The position numbers and the translations under genes are program-made. The notes beneath the pieces are model-generated. The model searched no databases. It saw only the letters and a list, made by a program, of their open reading frames with translations, and was not told where the DNA came from. This document shows, piece after piece, positions 18,583 to 28,065 of a DNA stretch of 64,000 bases. Positions within the stretch are counted from its first letter, which is position 1, and the number at the start of each line of letters is the position of its first letter. The stretch spans positions 1,024,001-1,088,000 of the forward strand of contig OZ220744.1 in assembly GCA_965116925.1 (NCBI GenBank). The letters run 5' to 3'. This DNA comes from Candidatus Poribacteria bacterium (GTDB taxonomy: Bacteria; Poribacteria; WGA-4E; PCPOR2b).

Positions 18583-19965
18583 ATGCCATCAATACTGATT
18601 GTTGATGATGACCAGGGGCAACGGACTGTTTTGCAGACCATATTGAAGCGCGAAGGCTACACTATAGAGACAGCTGAAAATGGCGTTGCTGCCCTCGAAA
18701 AAATTGAGGACAACCTATTTGATGTTATTGTCAGTGATATGCGGATGGCTCAGATGTCAGGGCGAGAATTGCTGCATGAAATTAAAAGCAGGGATCCAGA
18801 TCTACCTGTACTAATTGTCACAGCCTACGCTGAAGTGAATGACGCTGTGGATCTGGTGGCACGCGAAGGAGCATTCTATTACCTTGAAAAACCGATTCAG
18901 ATTGATACCCTCAAGAAGGAGATTAGACGCGCTATTGAGATGCGACATGGCATAACAGATGAAGGATCGAGTGACGAAACCAATGTTCAGGAGATTCATT
19001 TTGAAGGGATTATTGGCAAAAGTGACTCCGTACGTCAACTGTTCAAAACCATGTCTCGAATCATTCATCGCGGTGCCAATCAGGTGCTAATTACGGGTAG
19101 CACGGGTACAGGGAAAGGACTGGTTGCCAAAGCAATTCATGAGTACGGTAGACGTAAGGACAAGCCGTTCTTGCAAATTAACTGTGGTGCTGTGCCTGAA
19201 ACGCTGATTGAAAGCGAGCTCTTCGGGCATGAAAAAGGGGCGTTTACCGATGCCCATCGGCAGAAAGATGGTGTGTTTGAAGCAGCAAATGGCGGCACAG
19301 TTTTTCTGGATGAGATTGGCGATCTTTCTGTGCATACGCAGAGTAAACTCCTCCATGTCTTGCACGAAAGGGAAATCATGCGTGTCGGGGGCGTGAAACG
19401 GATTAAGGTTGATGTGTGTGTCCTTGCCGCGACCAATAAGGATTTGCAAACCGCTGTCGACGAGGGGCACTTCCGTGAAGATCTCTTTTTCCGGTTAAAC
19501 GTCATTCCGCTTCACATGCCCGACCTCCGGGAGCGAAGCGAGGACATAGGGCTTCTGGTCGATTTCTTCCTCCAGAAGTTTGGACGAGAATACCCCGGTG
19601 CTGAACCGAAGCGCATGACACCTAGAGCGATGTCTACACTTCGGCGGTACGATTGGCCCGGGAATGTGCGTCAACTTGAAAATTATCTACACAGAATCTT
19701 TGTGCTGTCGGAAAACGAGGTCATTGATCTTGAAGATCTTCCGCCGGAAATTTCGGATAGTTCATTGCCTCTAGGCGATTTTCCCGTAGAAATTCCCGCG
19801 GATGGGGTTGCGCTTGAAGAAATTGTAAAGGAATACATTCGGGTTGCTTTGACACAGACCGGCGGCAATCAAACCAAAGCTGCCGAACTTTTGGGAATTT
19901 CCCGCCGCAGACTTCAAAACCGAATGCAGAACTATGGGTTTAGTAGCAGGGATTTTAAGGATTAG
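18583..19965 (+). CDS. sigma54-dependent response regulator (NtrC/AtoC family)
   Basis: REC domain (VDDD, SDMRM), GSTGTGK, ESELFGHEKGAFTDA, FLDEIG, WPGNVRQL, Fis-type HTH. Confidence 0.95.
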   Translation: MPSILIVDDDQGQRTVLQTILKREGYTIETAENGVAALEKIEDNLFDVIVSDMRMAQMSGRELLHEIKSRDPDLPVLIVTAYAEVNDAVDLVAREGAFYYLEKPIQIDTLKKEIRRAIEMRHGITDEGSSDETNVQEIHFEGIIGKSDSVRQLFKTMSRIIHRGANQVLITGSTGTGKGLVAKAIHEYGRRKDKPFLQINCGAVPETLIESELFGHEKGAFTDAHRQKDGVFEAANGGTVFLDEIGDLSVHTQSKLLHVLHEREIMRVGGVKRIKVDVCVLAATNKDLQTAVDEGHFREDLFFRLNVIPLHMPDLRERSEDIGLLVDFFLQKFGREYPGAEPKRMTPRAMSTLRRYDWPGNVRQLENYLHRIFVLSENEVIDLEDLPPEISDSSLPLGDFPVEIPADGVALEEIVKEYIRVALTQTGGNQTKAAELLGISRRRLQNRMQNYGFSSRDFKD

Positions 19966-20117
19966 AATCGGCAGGACTTCTATCAATAGATGTCTGAACA
20001 ATTCAACCGTGCCCGTTGGGTGGTATTGTTCCGTATGATGAGTCTAATCTAGCCATTGTCCCCCATGATTACCCGCCAATTCGCATTTCTTGCCGAATAA
20101 CTTCCGCTTATCCAGTA

Positions 20118-20249
20118 CGCTCATGTTAAGATTTAGTGCAAAGAAACCGAATATTCGTAGGGGTTGGGTCCCCCAACCCTTACGGCGGACGGGGAGACCC
20201 CGCCCCTACGATTTCGCTTCGTGTTTTGCACTCTCTTTTTACATGAGCC
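20118..20249. mobile_element. 132-bp MITE with imperfect TIRs, 8-bp target duplication and internal REP doublet
   Basis: Flanked by ATCCAGTA direct repeats (20110-20117, 20250-20257). TIR CGCTCATGTTAAGATTTAGTGCAAA vs GGCTCATGTAAAAAGAGAGTGCAAA (19/25). Internal GTAGGGG...CCCCTAC at 20157-20209. Confidence 0.75.
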
Positions 20250-20326
20250 ATCCAGTAATTGCGCTTCCGTACATATCACTTCGCCTGAATTATGCGGATT
20301 AAGTATCAAGCGATCTGTCCTCTCAA

Positions 20327-21991
20327 CTATTTAATCACCGGTAGGTTTAGACGTGATAGGTTTCGCTTGCCGTGATGAACCGTGTTGCGGGCAATAACCG
20401 GTTCAGTATTTGCCCACGGTGGGGCAAGGGTGTTTGGATGCGGAAAGATACGGGGAAAGTCACTACTAGTGATGAGCAGACAGATCCGCGAGCCAGTTGG
20501 AAATACATAGGCAGTCTGCCCCAACTGTAAGTGGATACGGGTAACATCGCCAGATGTGAGTGACTGAGGATCTGTCCAACTATCACGATAACGGCATCGC
20601 AGCGAACCAAGCGTCAGACAGGTCACGGCACCAGAGGGCTCTTCAACACAAAGTTTGGCAACAAAGTCAGTATCAAGGGCATCACTGGAAATGCAGAGAT
20701 CAAGCGAAACTTCGCCGACTACGGTCAGCGGCGATTCCAGTTTTGGACTTCGATAAAATAGCAGATCGGACCGATCCAGCAGTGGACGCTGATCAACTGG
20801 ACCGAGGTGCTCAAGTCCCCAGTAGACGGGACCTCCACGTGTCGGAACAGGCTCCCGTGGATTGTACACATAACTATCGTCAACACTTTTATCCGGGGGT
20901 TCTTGCGTTAGTACCCCATCGCCAGTCCGCATATTTGCACTACCATCTGATTTGAGATACCATGATTGGGTTGTTGCTTCTGGCGGGGGCCAATCTTGCA
21001 GAGAAATCCATCGGTTTTCTCCCATCAGAAACACTTTCGCAGGTGGTTGGCTTGTGTAACCGTTGTCTATGTCTTTTAAGTAAAAATCGAGAAACTGAAG
21101 TTCATGGGCAAGGACCGGCAGATCTGCTTCCGTTCCAAAATCCCAGTCACCATAGCGGCAATGCTCCGGACCTGTGTTTCCGATATTTCTATGCCCCCAC
21201 GGTCCGATGAGAAGGCGCTGCCCGTTTTGTGCTGATTCTGTCGCACCATTGTTGCGGATGTTTTGGTAAGCCTCAAACTGACCCCGCGTAAGATGGTCGA
21301 ACCACCCGCCAGCGTGAAATCCAGGCACCTTGATGTGCGGGTGCATCAAGCATTGATCGATTGATTCCCAGTAGTCGTCATAATGATCGTGAGCTGCCCA
21401 ATCCGGCAAAATAGGTGTTTCAAAGCCAACTTGATCGGCAATTGTTTTAGGATTGCTCAAGTAGTGGAGCTCGTCCCAAGAGAAATGCGCCATCGGTGGT
21501 TGATTGCGGCAGGAAGCGTGCGTCAGAGACCATCGGATAGTGTTGCCGAGTGCGAAGCAGCCATCGTAGCGAATCCAGTCACGGAAGAATGAACCGGGTG
21601 CGACAGAAGGGGCGATACAGCGCAAGGCTTCATGACCGCCGCTCGCTGCCGGCACTTGAACGATTCCAAGATAACTGCGTCCCCACAACCCTATCCGGCC
21701 GTTGCACCACCTCTGATTCGCTGCCCAATCTAGCGTTGCTTGTCCATCACGAGCCTCGTCAATCAGTGGAACGAAAACACCGTCGGAATCATACTTGCCA
21801 CGACAGTCTTGTGCAACAAACGCATAACCCCGGTCGGTGAATTGGTGTGCTGTACTTTGAAGTCCCACGCGATGGTAGGGAGTACGGACAATAACAGCGG
21901 GAAATGGCCCCGGACCATCAGGGAGATAGGCATCTGTGGCAAGGTTTACTCCATCTTCGGCAGGGACCTTTCGGCATAATAGCGTTTGCAT
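20327..21991 (-). CDS. CocE/NonD family hydrolase
   Basis: RTPY, QDCRG...SDG, GRSYLG nucleophile elbow, GWFD, IGPWGH, SSDFPR. Confidence 0.93.
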   Translation of the reverse strand: MQTLLCRKVPAEDGVNLATDAYLPDGPGPFPAVIVRTPYHRVGLQSTAHQFTDRGYAFVAQDCRGKYDSDGVFVPLIDEARDGQATLDWAANQRWCNGRIGLWGRSYLGIVQVPAASGGHEALRCIAPSVAPGSFFRDWIRYDGCFALGNTIRWSLTHASCRNQPPMAHFSWDELHYLSNPKTIADQVGFETPILPDWAAHDHYDDYWESIDQCLMHPHIKVPGFHAGGWFDHLTRGQFEAYQNIRNNGATESAQNGQRLLIGPWGHRNIGNTGPEHCRYGDWDFGTEADLPVLAHELQFLDFYLKDIDNGYTSQPPAKVFLMGENRWISLQDWPPPEATTQSWYLKSDGSANMRTGDGVLTQEPPDKSVDDSYVYNPREPVPTRGGPVYWGLEHLGPVDQRPLLDRSDLLFYRSPKLESPLTVVGEVSLDLCISSDALDTDFVAKLCVEEPSGAVTCLTLGSLRCRYRDSWTDPQSLTSGDVTRIHLQLGQTAYVFPTGSRICLLITSSDFPRIFPHPNTLAPPWANTEPVIARNTVHHGKRNLSRLNLPVIK

Positions 21992-22092
21992 TAAGGGTTC
22001 TCCTAACTTTCATTCTCAATGTGATAGTAATAACAGATGAGGATAAAGACTTCTTAGTGGCTTCGTAAATTTCTTCTCAATTCATTTCACGA

Positions 22093-22121
22093 TTGACACG
22101 ATGAATGGTAAATGCTACAAT
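22093..22121 (+). promoter_or_regulatory. sigma70-type promoter
   Basis: TTGACA-17 bp-TACAAT with TG extension, about 60 bp upstream of the CNNM gene. Confidence 0.65.
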
Positions 22122-22181
22122 GAAACGCTAAATTTATCCAAACAAAAGGCACCCTGAACGGTTAAATGAAAGGAAAATCCA

Positions 22182-23192
22182 ATGTTGATGCTGTTGATAG
22201 CTATTGGAATTGTCTTGATTTCTTCTGCTATCTGTTCTGGATCTGAAGCGGCGTTGTTTTCGGTTCCGATAGTTAAAGTTCAACGATTGGCTCAGTCAAA
22301 TCGGCCCAGTGCACTAGCTCTGCTGTCTATCCGCGAGCAGATGAATCGCCCTATCGCAACCATTGTTATCCTCAACAATATTGCTAACATTGTTGGAACG
22401 AGTGTCGTGACTATTTTGGCTTCCGAGGTTTTGGGGAGTCAATGGTTGGGCTTAGTTTCAGGGATGCTTACCTTCTTGGTAATCCTTTTTTCGGAAATTA
22501 TCCCCAAAACGGTTGGTGAACGATATTCAGACCAGATTGCGTTGGTTATTGCTAGACCCGTCGCTGGATTGACCCGAATTTTAACCCCGTTGGTATGGTG
22601 CATCGAGAAAATTACCACCCCTTTAACGGCAGGTGGTAACAGCTTCACAACGGACGAAGCGGAGATAAAGTTACTCGCAAAGATGGGACAAGAGGCAGGA
22701 ACGATTGAAGATGATGAATTTGAAATGCTCCGAAAAATATTCGATTTGAATGATATGACAGCTGCCGATCTAATGACGCCGCGGGTCGTAATGACATACC
22801 TAAATGGTAACTTAACGCTCGCGGAGGCAAAAGAGGACATTCTGACTTCTCCACATAGTCGAATTATTGTCATTGGAGAAACGCTGGATCAGGTTACCGG
22901 AGTTGTTTTGAAGACCGACTTGTTGGCAGGGGTCATCGAAGGAAAATTAGATCAATTCATCTCACATTTTGCTTATGAGGTACATTTTGTGCTTGGACGG
23001 AAGCGTGCCAATCAGCTTCTGTCGATATTCCAGCAGACTCGTCAGCATTTAGCCGTTGTTGTTGATGAATATGGAGGTGTATCAGGAGTGGTAACGCTTG
23101 AAGACGTGCTAGAAGTCCTCACGGGTCAACTTGTTGATGAAACTGATACAGTGGTTGATTTGCAAGAGTTCGCTCGAAAAAATAGCAATTAG
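22182..23192 (+). CDS. CNNM/DUF21-CBS (hemolysin-like, CorB/CorC-type) membrane protein
   Basis: SGSEAALFS, NNIANI, SEIIPKT, MTPR, HSRI, VVDEYGG..G.VTLED. Confidence 0.92.
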   Translation: MLMLLIAIGIVLISSAICSGSEAALFSVPIVKVQRLAQSNRPSALALLSIREQMNRPIATIVILNNIANIVGTSVVTILASEVLGSQWLGLVSGMLTFLVILFSEIIPKTVGERYSDQIALVIARPVAGLTRILTPLVWCIEKITTPLTAGGNSFTTDEAEIKLLAKMGQEAGTIEDDEFEMLRKIFDLNDMTAADLMTPRVVMTYLNGNLTLAEAKEDILTSPHSRIIVIGETLDQVTGVVLKTDLLAGVIEGKLDQFISHFAYEVHFVLGRKRANQLLSIFQQTRQHLAVVVDEYGGVSGVVTLEDVLEVLTGQLVDETDTVVDLQEFARKNSN

Positions 23193-23198
23193 CGACGT

Positions 23199-24296
23199 TC
23201 AATTCCACGGCAGGGGTTGCCTGACAGGAGTAGGTGCGGGGAATCGACTCACAACATCAACCGGCACCCCTTTGTCAGCGGATTCAAAGATGCGTTCGCA
23301 GATTTCTAGTACATGCCGGGCGTGTTTGCCTGAACACCGCACGGGGCGATTATTCCGAATTGCGTCCGCAAAGTCGGAGGGGCCCTTGCCCCAGTCTAAA
23401 CCCTCATACGCTCCTTCCGGGGAGGCTTCAATTTCCCAATCGCCTGCAAGGGTGCGTTTGCGAATTCCACGTCCATCGTCATGTGCCTGGATCGAGAAGA
23501 CCCCTTTTGTGCCATGAATCTCGTAGGGTGGGATTTCTGATCTGGCAGTCCAACTGTGGTAAAGTAGCCCGTAAGCACCGCTTTCAAATTCAAGTAGCCC
23601 GAAGCCGTGATCTTTCTCAGTGACTTGATAGTGCGTCCCTGCGCGTGGACCTGCATGTAACATCCTTTCCGGAACGGTAATGCGAGCCAAACCGTAGACC
23701 CGTTTAACAGGACCAATCATCGTCGTCATGGCAGTCAGCGGATAGGGTGCAACATCCTTGAAAGGTCCAACGCCTTTCTGCATAAAAGCATCGGCGGTCG
23801 GATGCCAATACTCGACCGGTCCACCAAAGTTTCCAATGGCGGAAACGACTTCGCCAATTTCTTTTTCGCGGATGCGTTTCCAGACGTTTTGCTGGACATG
23901 ACCGAGCATCGCCACCGGCGCACATGCAAATTTAACGCCCATTGCATCTGCGGTTTCGACCAACTGATCTGCTTCCTCAATGCGTAGGGCGACAGGTTTT
24001 TCAGAATAAACATGCTTTCCTGCTGCGAGCCCTACCAAAGACACCGGGTAATGTCCGGTATGAATTGTTAGATTAATGATTGCTTCAACATTAGAATCAT
24101 TCAGAACATCGTCGAAGGATTGATAAACTGTTCCACCACCATTTTGGGCGAGTTTTTCCGCACGAGAAACATCTTGGTCGTAATAGCCGACAAGCTCAAT
24201 TTTGTGCGAATAGGCTTGGCACCGCGGCTGATAACCTTTGCTCGCAATCATACCGCAGCCAACAATGACTGTCTTGACGGGTTTGAAATCGGACAT
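23199..24296 (-). CDS. Gfo/Idh/MocA family oxidoreductase
   Basis: IVGCGMIA, GKHVYSEKP, GP..D..PY, ARHVLEI. Confidence 0.9.
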   Translation of the reverse strand: MSDFKPVKTVIVGCGMIASKGYQPRCQAYSHKIELVGYYDQDVSRAEKLAQNGGGTVYQSFDDVLNDSNVEAIINLTIHTGHYPVSLVGLAAGKHVYSEKPVALRIEEADQLVETADAMGVKFACAPVAMLGHVQQNVWKRIREKEIGEVVSAIGNFGGPVEYWHPTADAFMQKGVGPFKDVAPYPLTAMTTMIGPVKRVYGLARITVPERMLHAGPRAGTHYQVTEKDHGFGLLEFESGAYGLLYHSWTARSEIPPYEIHGTKGVFSIQAHDDGRGIRKRTLAGDWEIEASPEGAYEGLDWGKGPSDFADAIRNNRPVRCSGKHARHVLEICERIFESADKGVPVDVVSRFPAPTPVRQPLPWN

Positions 24297-24426
24297 TCAT
24301 TCGTCTCCTTAAACTGAATTTTAAGTATTATAACAGATGGTCGTAGGTTGATCAAGGACGGAGAAAAGTGGCTGGGAATCCAGAGCAAGCGGGGGAAGCG
24401 TCTGTAAAAAGGAGGAGAAGTACAGT

Positions 24427-24984
24427 TTGGAAAGCATTAAGATCAAACTGCCGTTCCCGGAGATTGAGGTCGATCACATGCACGAAAGCGATCTGCCGGC
24501 AGTAATGGAGATTGAACGGAGTTCGTTTTCCGGTCCGTGGGAAGAAGCCGCATTTCGTGATGGGTTGAGACATAGGAACCATCATGTTTACTTTCTTGTC
24601 CTTCGCTACCACCAAAATCCGATTGCGTTTATTAATTTCTGGGTTGTAGAAGATGAGGCGCATATTGCAAACTTCGCGGTTTCTCCTGACTACCGCAATA
24701 AAGGTGTTGGTAAATATCTTTTTGCGGAGTCGCTTGTATATATCCGAAAGCTAGGAGGCGATCATGTGTCTTTGGAGGTGCGTGTGAGCAATATCCCGGC
24801 ACAGCACCTCTACAGACAATTTGGGTTTCGGATTGTGGACATTCGGAAGAAATATTATATGGACAATCGTGAAGATGCCTACGTTTTTCAACTTTCTAGC
24901 CTTGGGAAAATTGATTTGTGCATTGACCATGCACATCATACAAATTCCGAATCCAAAGCTTGCTTAACATCTTCGATAAATTGA
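24427..24984 (+). CDS. rimI: Ribosomal protein S18 alanine N-acetyltransferase
   Basis: IERSSF..PW, EAHIANFAV, RNKGVG, LEVRVSN, RKKYY.DN.EDA; TTG start with AGGAGG SD. Confidence 0.9.
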   Translation: MESIKIKLPFPEIEVDHMHESDLPAVMEIERSSFSGPWEEAAFRDGLRHRNHHVYFLVLRYHQNPIAFINFWVVEDEAHIANFAVSPDYRNKGVGKYLFAESLVYIRKLGGDHVSLEVRVSNIPAQHLYRQFGFRIVDIRKKYYMDNREDAYVFQLSSLGKIDLCIDHAHHTNSESKACLTSSIN

Positions 24985-25012
24985 ATCGTTAATAAAAGGG
25001 AGTTTCGATACG

Positions 25013-25912
25013 ATGAAAAAATGCTTTTGCTACGGCGTCCGGCTGCTGGTTCTATTTCTGATTATTATCAGCTTGACGCCGCCTACAATGGGAGCACAGA
25101 CCAACGGTTTAGTCATCATGATAACCGATTTTGGTGTTAAGGATTTTTACGTTGGTGCAATGAAGGGGGCAATGTATAAGGTCTTCCCACAAGCGAAAAT
25201 TGACGAGATCTCTCACGGAGTCTCAAAGTTCGACATTAAGGAGGGAGCCTATACACTTGCTAAAGCTGCACCAGAATTTCCGACGGGGACTGTTTTTGTT
25301 GGCGTTATTGATCCGGGGGTTGGTACACAGCGCAAACCGATCGCAATGAAAACGAAGAATGGGAGTTATTTCATTGCGCCGGATAACGGACTCTTAACCC
25401 TAATCGGTGATTCAATGGGGGTTGCAGAGGTGCGGGAAATCACGAACCGCGATATCATGCGTCAGGAGGTCCAGTCAAGCACGTTTCACGGACGAGATAT
25501 TTTTGGCCCAGCTGCTGCACATCTTGCCAAAGGGTTTGCATTTGAAAAGATCGGACCCGTTTTGAAGGAGTATGTCCAGCTGCCGATTTCATTTGCAAAG
25601 ATAGTTGATGACGCAATTGTCGGGCAGATTGATGTGATCGACGAATATGGAAATGTCATCACGAATATACGTCCCGATCTGTTCAAGGAATTGGGCATAC
25701 AGGGTGGGCAGAGCATTGAGGTCGATTTTAGCCACCATAGGCGTGTCGTCTGCAAATATGTCAAGGCTTACGGGGACGCGCCGATCGGTTTTTTTGTTGG
25801 CTTGTTTGGGAGTGGTGGGGTTTTTGAGGTTGCTATCAACCAAGGGAATCTTGCCAAGGAGTTAAAACTGGAGACTACCGGGAAGTGCATTGTACGGAAG
25901 GGATCAGACTAA
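25013..25912 (+). CDS. DUF62 SAM hydroxide adenosyltransferase (chlorinase/fluorinase superfamily) with predicted signal peptide
   Basis: TDFG..D.YVG.MKG, DPGVGTQR, PDNG, TFHGRDIF, D.YGN..TN; N-terminal MKK plus hydrophobic stretch. Confidence 0.9.
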   Translation: MKKCFCYGVRLLVLFLIIISLTPPTMGAQTNGLVIMITDFGVKDFYVGAMKGAMYKVFPQAKIDEISHGVSKFDIKEGAYTLAKAAPEFPTGTVFVGVIDPGVGTQRKPIAMKTKNGSYFIAPDNGLLTLIGDSMGVAEVREITNRDIMRQEVQSSTFHGRDIFGPAAAHLAKGFAFEKIGPVLKEYVQLPISFAKIVDDAIVGQIDVIDEYGNVITNIRPDLFKELGIQGGQSIEVDFSHHRRVVCKYVKAYGDAPIGFFVGLFGSGGVFEVAINQGNLAKELKLETTGKCIVRKGSD

Positions 25913-25929
25913 GATAGGAGCGAGTAAAA

Positions 25930-26763
25930 ATGAACAGTGTCGTAACAAGATTAGGCGTAAGCGTCATTCTAATTGTAGCCAGTTTGATATTGACGTCCGT
26001 AAGTCATGCTCGAATTCAGCCCGAAGACATCGTTGCAATGTGGCTTTTTGATGAGGTCGAGAAAGATATGACGAAGGACCTCTCTGGTAACCTACACCAT
26101 GCAAAGATGGTTGGCAACCCAGAGTTGGTGGAGGGAAAATTCGGCAAAGCATTTGCTTTTGGGAAGGGCAAATATTTGGAAGTGCCACACCACAGGAAGC
26201 TACAGATTAAGGAGGTCATCTCCATCTCTGTATGGATAAAAAGACCGCTCCGGCAGGATGCAAACGATATTGTTGCTGCACCCTTTTATATTATCGAAAA
26301 GGGTGGAAACTGGGGGTTTGGCCAGCAGGGGCAGGCGAATTATGGAATAGCACTTCACAAGATCCTCAAGAATATGTTCTTTTTCTTTTTTAGAGGTGGA
26401 TTCCGGGGAGTGGAGGGTATCCCTGATGATCAGTGGCATCATTATGTCGCTGTTGCCAAAGATAATGAGGCTGACCCTGTGATGTATATTGATGGCATTC
26501 CGCGGGAGATCGCGCTACGGGATGGCGAAAAGAGGATAGCACTGTTCCCGGATTCCAAGAGGAATCTACATATTGGTGCACTGCTCCCGGAGAGATTTGA
26601 TTCTTTCAGTGAAAGCGTGATCGATGAAGTAGTCATATTCAACACTGCCTTAGATGAGGCTGAGATTATACAGCTTAAGACGGGGATAGGAAATGTTTTA
26701 TTCGCCGTTTCCGCATCTGGCAAACTTGCTACAACTTGGGGGGACATTAAACGGGGTTGGTAG
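25930..26763 (+). CDS. Secreted LamG/concanavalin-like domain protein with C-terminal KLATTWG motif
   Basis: Signal peptide; WLFDE, GKFGKA, QWHHY, YIDG, IDEV.IFN.AL; ends AVSASGKLATTWGDIKRGW. Confidence 0.85.
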   Translation: MNSVVTRLGVSVILIVASLILTSVSHARIQPEDIVAMWLFDEVEKDMTKDLSGNLHHAKMVGNPELVEGKFGKAFAFGKGKYLEVPHHRKLQIKEVISISVWIKRPLRQDANDIVAAPFYIIEKGGNWGFGQQGQANYGIALHKILKNMFFFFFRGGFRGVEGIPDDQWHHYVAVAKDNEADPVMYIDGIPREIALRDGEKRIALFPDSKRNLHIGALLPERFDSFSESVIDEVVIFNTALDEAEIIQLKTGIGNVLFAVSASGKLATTWGDIKRGW

Positions 26764-26925
26764 GTTATCCCACGATTCAGCAGAGGTGGGGGTGTAGATC
26801 ACGCAGGTTTCCGATTGATTAACATCATGGAATTTGATATAATGAGCACTATTATTTGAGACTCGCCCCTTCAAACTTGAAACATTGAATGCAATCTGCC
26901 CCGGATTTTTAAGGAGATAAAATTT

Positions 26926-27975
26926 ATGGCTAAAACATATAGGGTTGGAATTATTGGTTGCGGCGGGATGGGAAGATCTCACGCTAACGCTTGGGCCACC
27001 ACCGGTCGCGCCGAAGTGGTAACTGCAACGGATATGAACCCCGAAGCCGCCGCTAAGCTAGCTGGAGAATTTTCGCTGCCAACACATTATACCGATGTCC
27101 GCGAAATGTTTGAAAAAGAGATGCTGGATGTTGTAAGCATCACAACATGGCAGAGTGTTCGTGCAGAACTCACGCTAATTGCTGCGGAAGCAGGGGTGTC
27201 AGGGATTCTCGGTGAAAAACCGATGAGTGCTTCTTACGGTGAAGCGCAGGACATGATGAACGCTTGTGAAAGGAGTGGCACCAAACTTGTCATCGGACAT
27301 CAACGGCGTTTTATGCCCCAGAACTGCGAGGCACGACGACTCATTCAGGAGGGGGCGATCGGTGAACCACAGGCGATGTTGCGCCGCGATGGATATGGTT
27401 TGCTTAATCGAGGGACGCACGAAATTGATGAAATGCGCTACATCCTTGGCGATCCGGAACCGTTGTGGTTAATTGGACAGGTCTCACGTCGGACAGATAA
27501 GTGGGAGCGCCGGGTACGTTGTGAGGACGTTTGCATGGGTGAAATTTGCTTTGAAGGCGGCATCCGCGGAATTTATGAGAGCGATCTGCCCGACCCGGGA
27601 CTGCGCGGCGACGCTGTTTACGGGAGCGATGGCCAACTTAGGCGTGGCGCAGATGGAACAATTGAGTTGCTCAATAGCAAGGTTGCGGGTTGGCAGACCA
27701 TCACACCCCGTCAGAGTGAACCGAATCAGTACGAAGAAATGATTGCATGGCTCGATGGGGAGATTGAGGAACATCGCAATGCAGGGAGACACGCCGCCAC
27801 CACTATGGCAATCCTGATGGCGATTTATGAATCTTTGCGGATTAAGGATGTTGTCAAGTTTCCGTTAACCACGCGCCCCAATCCACTAGATTTGATGGTC
27901 GAAGGTGGTATGTTGCCCGTATTTGTAGAGGGACGTTACGATATCCGTGCTCCGTTTCCAGAGCAACAGAATTAA
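26926..27975 (+). CDS. Gfo/Idh/MocA family oxidoreductase
   Basis: VGIIGCGGMG, EKPM, GHQRRF, GTHEID. Confidence 0.9.
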   Translation: MAKTYRVGIIGCGGMGRSHANAWATTGRAEVVTATDMNPEAAAKLAGEFSLPTHYTDVREMFEKEMLDVVSITTWQSVRAELTLIAAEAGVSGILGEKPMSASYGEAQDMMNACERSGTKLVIGHQRRFMPQNCEARRLIQEGAIGEPQAMLRRDGYGLLNRGTHEIDEMRYILGDPEPLWLIGQVSRRTDKWERRVRCEDVCMGEICFEGGIRGIYESDLPDPGLRGDAVYGSDGQLRRGADGTIELLNSKVAGWQTITPRQSEPNQYEEMIAWLDGEIEEHRNAGRHAATTMAILMAIYESLRIKDVVKFPLTTRPNPLDLMVEGGMLPVFVEGRYDIRAPFPEQQN

Positions 27976-28065
27976 ACAGGGTGAGCGTTTACAGGATGCA
28001 GGAATCAAGCGGTGTATTGAGGCCCCGGTTTCTTGTATGCCCATAACGCATTATGTTTTGCATCT

